Source: an uncultured Bacteroidales bacterium (GTDB taxonomy: Bacteria > Bacteroidota > Bacteroidia > Bacteroidales > Bacteroidaceae). Taken from it: DNA of 64,000 nt. Within the stretch, counting starts at the first letter, position 1; each line of letters begins with the position of its first letter. The stretch spans positions 21,813-85,812 of the forward strand of contig CAMGGA010000001.1 in the NCBI GenBank assembly GCA_946055515.1, written 5' to 3'. The notes under the pieces were generated by a model. That model did not search any database, was not told the DNA's origin, and saw nothing but the letters and a program-made list of their open reading frames with translations. Positions 56,281-64,000 of the stretch are shown one piece after another. The position numbers and the translations under genes are program-made.

Positions 56281-57444
56281 ATGAAAAAGATATTGCTTTT
56301 GGGCTCGGGAGAGCTGGGCAAAGAGTTTGTGATTGCCGCTCAGCGACTGGGACAATACGTCATCGCGTGCGACTCCTATGCCGGTGCGCCTGCGATGCAG
56401 GTGGCCGATGCTTTTGAAGTGTTCTCCATGCTCGACGGAGAGGCACTCGAACGGGTGGTAGCCAAGCATCAGCCGGATATCATCGTGCCAGAAATCGAAG
56501 CCATCCGCACCGAACGCCTCTACGACTTTGAGAAGGAGGGCATACAAGTCACCCCCTCGGCACGCGCGGTGAACTTCACCATGAACCGCAAGGCTATCCG
56601 CGATCTGGCGGCGAAGGAGCTCGGACTGAAAACGGCCCGCTATTTCTACGCAAAGTCTTTCGAAGAACTGCAACAGCACGCGCAGGAAATCGGCTTCCCC
56701 TGCGTGGTCAAGCCCCTCATGTCCTCCTCGGGCAAAGGGCAGTCGCTCGTGAAAACACCCGCCGACCTGGAACAGGCGTGGAAATACGCCATGGAAGGCA
56801 GCCGCGGTGACATCCAGGAGGTCATCATCGAAGAATTTGTCCGCTTCGACAGCGAAATCACCCTGCTCACCGTGACGCAGAAAAACGGCCCCACGCTGTT
56901 TTGTCCGCCGATTGGCCACGTGCAGAAAGGCGGTGACTATCGCGAAAGCTTCCAGCCCGCACACATCGCACCCGAACATCTGGCCGAAGCCCAGCGCATG
57001 GCCGACGAAGTGACGCGCGCACTGACCGGAGCCGGCATCTGGGGCGTGGAATTTTTCCTCAGCCACGAGAAGGGCGTATATTTCTCCGAACTTTCGCCGC
57101 GTCCGCACGACACGGGCATGGTCACACTGGCCGGCACGCAGAACTTCAACGAATTTGAGCTGCACCTACGCGCCGTGCTGGGCCTCCCCATCCCCTGCGT
57201 GAAGCCCCTGCGCATCGGTGCCAGTGCTGTCATCCTCTCCCCCATTGCGAGCGAGGAACAACCGCAGTACCGCGGACTGGAACGCACCTGCGAGGAAGAC
57301 GCCGACCTGCGTATCTTCGGCAAACCCACCACCCGGGTGAACCGCCGCATGGGCGTGGTGGTGTGCAGCGGGCCGCTCGACGGCGACCTCGATGCCGTGC
57401 GCGACAAGGCGAAGCGACTGGCCTCGTACGTTGAGGTGTACTGA
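56281..57444 (+). CDS. purT: Formate-dependent phosphoribosylglycinamide formyltransferase
   Basis: Motifs [46 protein letters not shown] and FGKP...RRMGV. Confidence 0.98.
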   Translation: MKKILLLGSGELGKEFVIAAQRLGQYVIACDSYAGAPAMQVADAFEVFSMLDGEALERVVAKHQPDIIVPEIEAIRTERLYDFEKEGIQVTPSARAVNFTMNRKAIRDLAAKELGLKTARYFYAKSFEELQQHAQEIGFPCVVKPLMSSSGKGQSLVKTPADLEQAWKYAMEGSRGDIQEVIIEEFVRFDSEITLLTVTQKNGPTLFCPPIGHVQKGGDYRESFQPAHIAPEHLAEAQRMADEVTRALTGAGIWGVEFFLSHEKGVYFSELSPRPHDTGMVTLAGTQNFNEFELHLRAVLGLPIPCVKPLRIGASAVILSPIASEEQPQYRGLERTCEEDADLRIFGKPTTRVNRRMGVVVCSGPLDGDLDAVRDKAKRLASYVEVY

Positions 57445-57749
57445 TTTCGCACAGACCCTTTCCAACAAGTGCTCCGGGCAGGAGGCTATCGGAATACTTC
57501 TCAAGAACTACCACCGTAGAGACTGAAGCAAGCCGATAGCCCCCTGCTTCATTATACCCCGACTCCAAATAAATATCAGGACGCGGCCGCACACGCCACT
57601 GCCCAACGCCCAAGGCCGCTCTGCCCCGCAGCACGGCGAAGCGAAGTTCGTAAAAAACCAAAAAATGGGACGGGCATGGGCACGCTTGCAATTTATTGCT
57701 TACTTTTGCCGCTGTCAAATCGATAAACACTCACAAAACTACTGAGATT

Positions 57750-58769
57750 ATGCAGAATATCGACTGGGCCAACCTGAAGTTTGGCTACATCAAGACCGAC
57801 TACAACGTACGTTGCTACTACCGCGACGGAAAGTGGGGAGAAATCGAGGTTTCCTCCTCCGAAACCATCAATATCCACATGGCCGCCACGGCCCTCCACT
57901 ACGGACAAGAAGCCTTCGAGGGCCTGAAAGCCTTCCGCTGCCCCGACGGCAAAATCCGCGCCTTCCGCGTGAAGGACAACGCCGAACGCCTGCAGTCCAC
58001 CTGCCGCGGCATCCTCATGCCCGAACTCCCCACGGCACTGTTCGAGGAAATGGTACAGAAAGTCGTGAAATTGAATGAGAAGTTCGTGCCCCCCTACGAA
58101 AGCGGTGCCTCGCTCTACATCCGCCCGCTGCTCATCGGCACAGGCGCCCAGGTGGGCGTGCATCCGGCTGACGAATACCTGTTCATGATTTTCGTTTCGC
58201 CCGTGGGCCCCTACTTCCGCGGCGGCTTTGCCACGAACGACTACGTCATTATCCGCGAATACGACCGCGCCGCCCCGCTCGGCACGGGCTGCTACAAGGT
58301 GGGCGGCAACTACGCAGCCAGTCTGCGCGCCAACCTCATGGCCCACGAAGCAGGCTACGCTTCGGAGTTCTACCTCGACGCACGCGAGAAGAAATACATC
58401 GACGAATGCGGCGCCGCCAACTTCTTCGGCATCAAGGAAGGCAAGTACATCACGCCCAAGTCCACCTCCATCCTTCCCTCCATCACCAACCGCAGCCTCC
58501 AGCAGCTCGCACTCGACCTCGGACTGGAAGTGGAAGTGCGCCCCATCCCCGAGGAAGAACTCGAAACTTTCGAAGAAGCCGGCGCCTGCGGCACAGCAGC
58601 CGTCATCAGCCCCATCCGCAAGATCGACGACCTCGAGAACAAGAAGAGCTACGTGATTTCCAAGGACGGCAAGCCCGGCCCCGTGTCCGAAAAGCTCTAC
58701 ACACTGCTCCGCAACATCCAATACGGCATCGAGCCCGACAAACACGGCTGGGTGACGGTCATTGAATAA
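57750..58769 (+). CDS. ilvE: Branched-chain amino acid aminotransferase
   Basis: Motifs LHYGQEAFEGLKAF, LYIRP, KVGGNYAAS, ECGAANFF, ILPSIT and GTAAVISPI; promoter TACTTTTG at 57701. Confidence 0.96.
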   Translation: MQNIDWANLKFGYIKTDYNVRCYYRDGKWGEIEVSSSETINIHMAATALHYGQEAFEGLKAFRCPDGKIRAFRVKDNAERLQSTCRGILMPELPTALFEEMVQKVVKLNEKFVPPYESGASLYIRPLLIGTGAQVGVHPADEYLFMIFVSPVGPYFRGGFATNDYVIIREYDRAAPLGTGCYKVGGNYAASLRANLMAHEAGYASEFYLDAREKKYIDECGAANFFGIKEGKYITPKSTSILPSITNRSLQQLALDLGLEVEVRPIPEEELETFEEAGACGTAAVISPIRKIDDLENKKSYVISKDGKPGPVSEKLYTLLRNIQYGIEPDKHGWVTVIE

Positions 58770-58791
58770 TCCATTCCTAACTCCCCAAAGC

Positions 58792-59679
58792 ATGAAGACC
58801 CTTATCCACCTGTTCGGAAGCCTTTTGCTTCTCACCAGCTTAGTGGCCCTCCTGCCCGCCTGCAACGACGATGCCAAGAAATTGGCCGACAAAGAGAAAG
58901 AACTGGAGGAACTCCGACAGCTTGCCGAACTCGACAAGCGCGAAATGGAGAACCAGTATGCAGAATTTGCCAGCCAGTACGGCGAATTGAAGAAAAGCGT
59001 GCGCGACGACTCCCTCATCGCCCGCCTCAACGCCGAGCAGGCACGTGCCGAGTCGCTCCTGAAAGAGCTCAAGCAAACCAAGGCCAACAGTTCGGCCGAA
59101 ATCCTGCGCCTGAAGCGCGAACTGGCCACGGTGCGTGCCGTGCTGCGCGACTACATCCGCCAAGTTGACTCCCTCCAGCAGCTCAACATGGCCCTCATCG
59201 GCGAACGCGACCAGGCACGCGCCGAAGCAGAGCGCACACGGGTGGAGAAGTCGAACATACAAGACGAGAACTCCAAACTCAACGAGAAAGTGGCCATCGC
59301 CGCCCAGCTCGACGCCACGGGCATCAGCATCAGTCCGCTCAAGAAAAACGGCAAGGCCGCCAAGAAGAGCAAGGACATTGCCCGCTTCAGCGTATCGTTC
59401 ACCATCACCCGCAACGTCACCGCCAAAGCCGGCAACCGCACCGTCTACGTGCGCCTGCTCAAGCCCAACCAGCAGGTAGTAGGACAGTCAGGCTCCTTCA
59501 GCTACGAAAACCGCAGCATCGGCTATTCGGCGGCCAAGACCATCGAATACACCGGCCAGGAGCAGCACGTCACGCTCTACGTCCCCGTTTCCGAGTTCCT
59601 CAGCGCAGGCAGCTACTCCGCCTACATCTTCGCAGACGGGCAGATGATCGGCTCCGGCTCCGTGAGAATGGAAAAATAA
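58792..59679 (+). CDS. Coiled-coil lipoprotein with C-terminal beta-sandwich (hypothetical)
   Basis: Lipobox LPAC-NDD, a long heptad-rich region and a beta-rich C-terminus; follows ilvE in the same direction. Confidence 0.8.
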   Translation: MKTLIHLFGSLLLLTSLVALLPACNDDAKKLADKEKELEELRQLAELDKREMENQYAEFASQYGELKKSVRDDSLIARLNAEQARAESLLKELKQTKANSSAEILRLKRELATVRAVLRDYIRQVDSLQQLNMALIGERDQARAEAERTRVEKSNIQDENSKLNEKVAIAAQLDATGISISPLKKNGKAAKKSKDIARFSVSFTITRNVTAKAGNRTVYVRLLKPNQQVVGQSGSFSYENRSIGYSAAKTIEYTGQEQHVTLYVPVSEFLSAGSYSAYIFADGQMIGSGSVRMEK

Positions 59680-59698
59680 AGCCCAATCCGGCACAGAC

Positions 59699-59754
59699 AA
59701 AAGGTCTTTAAGCAGAAAGAGCCCCCTGTGGCGCTTTCTCTTAAAGTCCTTTTT
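59699..59754 (+). terminator. Terminator after the ilvE operon
   Basis: aaaaggtctttaag...cttaaagtcctttt imperfect hairpin with T tail. Confidence 0.6.
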
Positions 59755-59820
59755 CTATGCCAACTGCTTTATTCATAAAAAAATTTCCAAAAGGCATTGC
59801 TTATATTCCTTTATATTGTA

Positions 59821-59828
59821 TATCTTTG
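59821..59828 (+). promoter_or_regulatory. Bacteroidetes -7 promoter element for exbB-exbD-exbD-tonB
   Basis: TATCTTTG, about 95 nt upstream of the exbB start. Confidence 0.6.
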
Positions 59829-59921
59829 CCACGTCGTAAAGAAGCAGAATGCAATGCCAAAATGGCAAATCATTGAAAACCAATAACTATTTCATTTTCT
59901 TCAAACTTAATCTTTACAACA

Positions 59922-60794
59922 ATGGCAACTACAAATGCTAATGCACCCAAAGGTGCGCCCAAGAAACAATCCAAAGGTTTCACCGGCATCAAGTCGGGTC
60001 TTTCTGTAATCATTGTCTGCGCTTTGATTGCAGTAGCTATCTACCTCTTCGGTTTCGGTAGCATCTCCAACTTCAAGGGTGGTCCTGAAACAGGCTACGC
60101 ATTCTCGTTCCTGACCCCCGATGAAATCTCCCTTGAGCCCGCCAACCTGATGGGTACGGTTTACAAAGGTGGTTTCGTTGTGCCTATCATCTGGACCCTC
60201 CTCATCACCGTTGTAGCTCTCGCCATCGAGCGCTTCTTCGCCATCCGCAACGCTTACGGCCGCACCAGCCTCACCAAGTTCGTTGCTGACATCAAGGTAG
60301 CCCTCAAGCAGAACGACATGGCCAAGGCCCAGCAGATTTGCGACAAGCAGCGCGGTTCTGTAGCCAACGTCGTAGGCGCAACGCTCAAGAAGTACAAGGA
60401 AATGGAAGAGAACACCATCTTGACGAAAGAACAGAAGATTCTCTCCATCCAGAAGGAACTCGAAGAAGCTACTGCTCTCGAAATGCCTATGATGCAGGAA
60501 AACCTTCCCATCATCGGTTCTATCGTAACCCTCGGTACGCTGACTGGTCTGTTCGGTACGGTGTTGGGTATGATCAAGTCGTTCTCCGCTATGGCAAGTG
60601 GTGACGGTGGTGCAGACTCTGCAGCCCTCTCTACCGGTATTTCCGAAGCACTTGTAAACACGGCTTCCGGTATCGCAACTGGTGCTCTCGCCGTTATCGC
60701 TTACAACTACTACACCAACAAGATCGACCGCCTCACCTTCTCTCTCGACGAAGTAGGTTTCACCATCGTAGAAACATTCTCTGCAACTCACTAA
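59922..60794 (+). CDS. exbB: MotA/TolQ/ExbB proton channel protein
   Basis: Motifs IERF, GTLTGLFGTVLGMIKSF and GISEALVNTASGI. Confidence 0.93.
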   Translation: MATTNANAPKGAPKKQSKGFTGIKSGLSVIIVCALIAVAIYLFGFGSISNFKGGPETGYAFSFLTPDEISLEPANLMGTVYKGGFVVPIIWTLLITVVALAIERFFAIRNAYGRTSLTKFVADIKVALKQNDMAKAQQICDKQRGSVANVVGATLKKYKEMEENTILTKEQKILSIQKELEEATALEMPMMQENLPIIGSIVTLGTLTGLFGTVLGMIKSFSAMASGDGGADSAALSTGISEALVNTASGIATGALAVIAYNYYTNKIDRLTFSLDEVGFTIVETFSATH

Positions 60795-60818
60795 TAGCAT
60801 AAACAAGGTATTTAAGAC

Positions 60819-61427
60819 ATGGGACGTTTTAAAGTCAAAAAACAAGATACGTTCATAGACATGACGCCTATGAGCGATGTCATGGTCCTGCTGCTTACCT
60901 TCTTTATGCTGACTGCTACTTTCGTAAAGGAAGAACCTGTAAAGGTGAACACTCCTGGTTCGGTCTCGGAAATCAAGATTCCCGCAAACAACCTGCTCAC
61001 GATTTTCGTAGAGAAGAGTGGCAAGGTGTTTATGACCATGGACTCTCCCGACGGCCTTCGCAAACTGGCCCAAGCCATGAACGAAGCCGGAAAGCTGAGC
61101 CTCACACCTGAGGAAGTGGAAGTCTTCGCGCAAGCACCTACTTTCGGCACGCCTCTCAACACCATGAAAGGCTGGCTCGCCTCTGATGTGAAGAACGAAC
61201 TTCTCACGAAGAGCAAAGAAGCAGGCATTCCTTGCGACAGCGTAAACAATGAGTTGAAGACTTGGGTAAGCACAGCCCGTGAGGCGTGTGGCGAAAGTAT
61301 GCGCGTGGCCATCAAGGCCGACAAGTCTACTTCCTACGCCGTAATTAAACGAGTTATGGACTCTCTGCGCGAGATTGAAGAGAACCGTTACAATCTCATC
61401 ACATCTCTCAAAGGCGTAGAGGAATAA
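60819..61427 (+). CDS. exbD: ExbD/TolR family protein
   Basis: IDMTPMSDVMVLLLTFFML; IKADK...Y. Confidence 0.92.
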   Translation: MGRFKVKKQDTFIDMTPMSDVMVLLLTFFMLTATFVKEEPVKVNTPGSVSEIKIPANNLLTIFVEKSGKVFMTMDSPDGLRKLAQAMNEAGKLSLTPEEVEVFAQAPTFGTPLNTMKGWLASDVKNELLTKSKEAGIPCDSVNNELKTWVSTAREACGESMRVAIKADKSTSYAVIKRVMDSLREIEENRYNLITSLKGVEE

Positions 61428-61438
61428 ACATTACAGTT

Positions 61439-62083
61439 ATGGCTAAAAAAGGTGGAAGTAAACAAAAGAAGATGAACTCGCGCGTGGACTTCACGCCGAT
61501 GGTGGATATGATCATGCTTCTCGTAACCTTCTTCATGCTCTGTACCACGCTTCTCAAGCCGCAGACCATGGAAATCTCCATGCCCTCCGACAAGGAAGAC
61601 ATCAAGGACGAGAACCGCAACCAGGTAGCTGCTTCCAAGGCAGTGACCATCCTCATTGACGAGAACAACACGCTCTACTACTTCAAGGGCAAACCCGACG
61701 GTGGTTCCGACATCCCCGACGAAGGTAAGCTCTTTGAAACCAGCTATGGCAAGGACGGCATCCGCAAGGTGCTCCTCGCTGCCAACCCCGAAGCAGTCAA
61801 AGCCGTTGCCAAGCTGAAAGCTGAGTTCGCGACCAAGAAAACATCCAATGTGCAGGAAGAGCAAAAGGTAAAGGCCGAGTACAAGGAACGCCTGAACAAG
61901 ATCAAGAGCGCTGACTACACCCCCAGCGTCATCATCAAGGCTTCAGACGGTGCCACGTACGACAACCTCATCCAAGTGCTCGACGAAATGCAGATTTGTA
62001 GCATCGGTCGCTATGTGATTGACAAGTTCGTAGACGGTGACAAAGCCAAAATCGAGGCTTTCAAAAACGGAACGGCGCAGTAA
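61439..62083 (+). CDS. exbD: ExbD/TolR family protein (second copy)
   Basis: VDFTPMVDMIMLLVTFFML; IIKASDGATY...LDEM. Confidence 0.92.
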   Translation: MAKKGGSKQKKMNSRVDFTPMVDMIMLLVTFFMLCTTLLKPQTMEISMPSDKEDIKDENRNQVAASKAVTILIDENNTLYYFKGKPDGGSDIPDEGKLFETSYGKDGIRKVLLAANPEAVKAVAKLKAEFATKKTSNVQEEQKVKAEYKERLNKIKSADYTPSVIIKASDGATYDNLIQVLDEMQICSIGRYVIDKFVDGDKAKIEAFKNGTAQ

Positions 62084-62107
62084 TAACCTAAGTGAAGTAT
62101 CATAAGT

Positions 62108-62968
62108 ATGTCTAAAGTAGATTTGGCATCACGCGAGTGGTGCGACATGGTATTCGAAGGACGTAACAAAGAGTACGGAGCTTATCGTCACCGCGCCAAC
62201 AAGGGTAAATTCCAACTCCGCGCCATCATCATCGTACTCTTGATGATTGCCGCTATCGTAGGCTTCATCCTCGCCAAGACCGCCGTGGAAGCTGCCCTCA
62301 AGGAGGGTAAGAACATGGACGCCGAGCAGGTGACCGAACTTTCTGAGCTCAAGAAAGACGAGCCCAAGAAGGAAGAGAAGAAGAAGGAACCCGAAAAGCT
62401 CGAATACGAGAAGCCCGTTGAGAAAGTTGCCGTGAAATCGTCTATCCAGTTCACCGTGCCCAAGATTGTCGAAGACGACAAGGTAGACCACTCCAAGGAA
62501 CTCAAGACCCAGGACGAAGTCACCAAGAACAAGTTCGCCATCGCATCACAGGACTACGTGAACGAAACCGGCGGCACGGGTATCAACATCGACGACCTGA
62601 AGGAAAACCAGCAGGCTGGCGGTACAACTGTTCCTCCCAAGGAACCTGAAGTTGTCGACAACGCCATCGTAGAAGTGCCCGCCACCTATCCCGGTGGTGA
62701 AGCAGCCCTCCTCGCCTTCGTGAGCAAGAACCTCGTTTATCCCGCCATCGCGCAGGAACAGGAACTCCAAGGTGTTGTAGTGCTCCGCTTCAAGGTAGAC
62801 GTAGACGGTTCGGTAAGCACCGTGAAGGTAGAGAAATCTCTCTCCCGCGAGTGCGACCAAGCAGCAGCCGACGTGGTAAAGAAGCTCCACCGCTTCGTGC
62901 CCGCCAAGCAGCAGGGTCATCCCGTACCCGTTTGGTTCCGTCTCCCCATCCGTTTCCGCATCCAATAA
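62108..62968 (+). CDS. tonB: Energy transducer TonB
   Basis: DMVFEGRNKEYGAY, a single TM, a Lys/Glu/Pro linker, and a TonB C-domain YPGG...YPAIA...QGVV...PAKQ.G.PV. Confidence 0.94.
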   Translation: MSKVDLASREWCDMVFEGRNKEYGAYRHRANKGKFQLRAIIIVLLMIAAIVGFILAKTAVEAALKEGKNMDAEQVTELSELKKDEPKKEEKKKEPEKLEYEKPVEKVAVKSSIQFTVPKIVEDDKVDHSKELKTQDEVTKNKFAIASQDYVNETGGTGINIDDLKENQQAGGTTVPPKEPEVVDNAIVEVPATYPGGEAALLAFVSKNLVYPAIAQEQELQGVVVLRFKVDVDGSVSTVKVEKSLSRECDQAAADVVKKLHRFVPAKQQGHPVPVWFRLPIRFRIQ

Positions 62969-62995
62969 TCCAGTTTGCGAAAACGCGCCCTATAC

Positions 62996-63028
62996 AAAGA
63001 GCAGAAGGCCCCCGGTCTTCTGCTCTTT
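62996..63028 (+). terminator. Terminator after tonB
   Basis: aaagagcagaaggcc...ggtcttctgctcttt hairpin. Confidence 0.7.
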
Positions 63029-63193
63029 ATTTATACCCCAAAGCTACAAGTTTGAAGAATAATAAAACACGTTATACTTTGTTCATGAGCGGCAATATGT
63101 AAAAACGATTTTATAATTTTGCCGCCAAACCAGAATATCCGCGGTGGCAAGTCCGCCCCGCCCTATCAGACAAACCCACATCCCCCCATCCCT

Positions 63194-64000
63194 ATGTGTC
63201 ACCACACAAACCACTTAGGCCAATATTTCACCCTGGCCCTCCTCCTGCTCCTCACCTCCTGCGGCAAAAAGCCCAGCACAAACGGCGCATGGCTGCTCGA
63301 CGACGACGTGCGCTTCGCGGTCGACGAGACCTTCCGCCCCATCGCCAGCGACCTCTCCGACACCTTCGGCATGTCCCACCCCGAGGCAGGCATGAAGCCC
63401 GTCTACGTCAGTGAAGACTCCGCCCTCCGCCTGCTCGTGAGCGACAGCCTCCGCTGCTGCATCGCCACGCGCCAGCTCTCCGACAACGAGCGCAGCGTCG
63501 TGGCCAGCCACAACCTGGGCATCAACCAGTCGCTCATCGCCACCGACGCCATCGCCCTCATCGTCAACAAGTCCAACCCCGACTCTCTCCTCTCGCTCGA
63601 CGAAGTCAAGGGCATCGTCAGCGGCCGCATCACTCGCTGGGAGCAACTCAAGTACCACAGCCAGCAGGGCGAAATCAAGCTCGTCTTCGACCATTCAGGC
63701 TCCAGCACCGTCCGCTTCATGAAAGACAGCCTCTGTGCGGGCAAAGACCTGAGCGGCAACGTCTACGCCTCCGAGGGCGGCACCAACCTCAGCGTCATCG
63801 ACATGGTCAAGTCCAACCCCGGCATCATCGGCGTAGTCGGGGCCAACTGGCTCAAGGGCGACACCTCCGCCCCCTTGTCCGACTTTTCCGGACTCGAAGT
63901 GAAAGTGATGCGCATCAGCCGCACCGCCGACGAGTTTGCCAAATACGTCCGCCCCTACCAATACTACATCGCCACGGGCGACTACCCCCTCCTTCGCAGC
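63194..64000 (+). CDS. PstS-family substrate-binding lipoprotein (partial, runs off window)
   Basis: The frame from ATG 63194 reads MCHHTNHLGQYFTLALLLLLTSCGKK...FAVDETFRPI...IATDAIALIVNKSNPD...VFDHSGSSTVR...GIIGVVG...GDYPLLR and is open to the end; promoter TAATTTTG at 63114. Confidence 0.85.
   Translation, partial: MCHHTNHLGQYFTLALLLLLTSCGKKPSTNGAWLLDDDVRFAVDETFRPIASDLSDTFGMSHPEAGMKPVYVSEDSALRLLVSDSLRCCIATRQLSDNERSVVASHNLGINQSLIATDAIALIVNKSNPDSLLSLDEVKGIVSGRITRWEQLKYHSQQGEIKLVFDHSGSSTVRFMKDSLCAGKDLSGNVYASEGGTNLSVIDMVKSNPGIIGVVGANWLKGDTSAPLSDFSGLEVKVMRISRTADEFAKYVRPYQYYIATGDYPLLRS

Noticed and set aside
59922-64000. Two exbD genes and a PstS-like gene beside tonB as unusual
   Set aside because: This is a commonly seen Bacteroidetes exbB-exbD-exbD-tonB cluster layout.

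Overview
Chromosomal window from a GC-rich Bacteroidales genome, probably Prevotellaceae. The assignment is inferred from TAnnTTTG promoters, the lpxC-fabZ fusion, SusC/SusD genes and gene order. In order it carries: the 3' end of mazG; a menaquinone operon (menF, menD, menB, fused menC-menE) running into a U32-family gene and three accessory genes; lpxD-lpxC/fabZ-lpxA-ORF-miaA; an 18.5-kb CAZyme-free cassette of three fasciclin-domain lipoproteins interleaved with two SusC/SusD pairs; a long Rid/chorismatase-like gene; a YhcC-type radical SAM gene; an ECF sigma factor; an O-/N-acyltransferase pair with DUF4301 and a split CHR transporter; ndh; lptF/G-DUF2059-ribBA-yccA-aspC; tRNA-Met; a membrane-anchored pseudo-protease/MORN/GH25 protein; purT; ilvE; and exbB-exbD-exbD-tonB with a partial PstS-like lipoprotein. 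I saw no transposase, integrase, phage gene or CRISPR array. Apart from the fasciclin-SusCD cassette, the most unusual signals are non-coding: two copies of an element with ~117-bp inverted arms and unrelated cores, three dispersed 21-bp tandem arrays, a REP-like nested palindrome, and a structured motif duplicated ahead of two genes of the cassette. All calls come from reading motifs by eye; no database searches were run.
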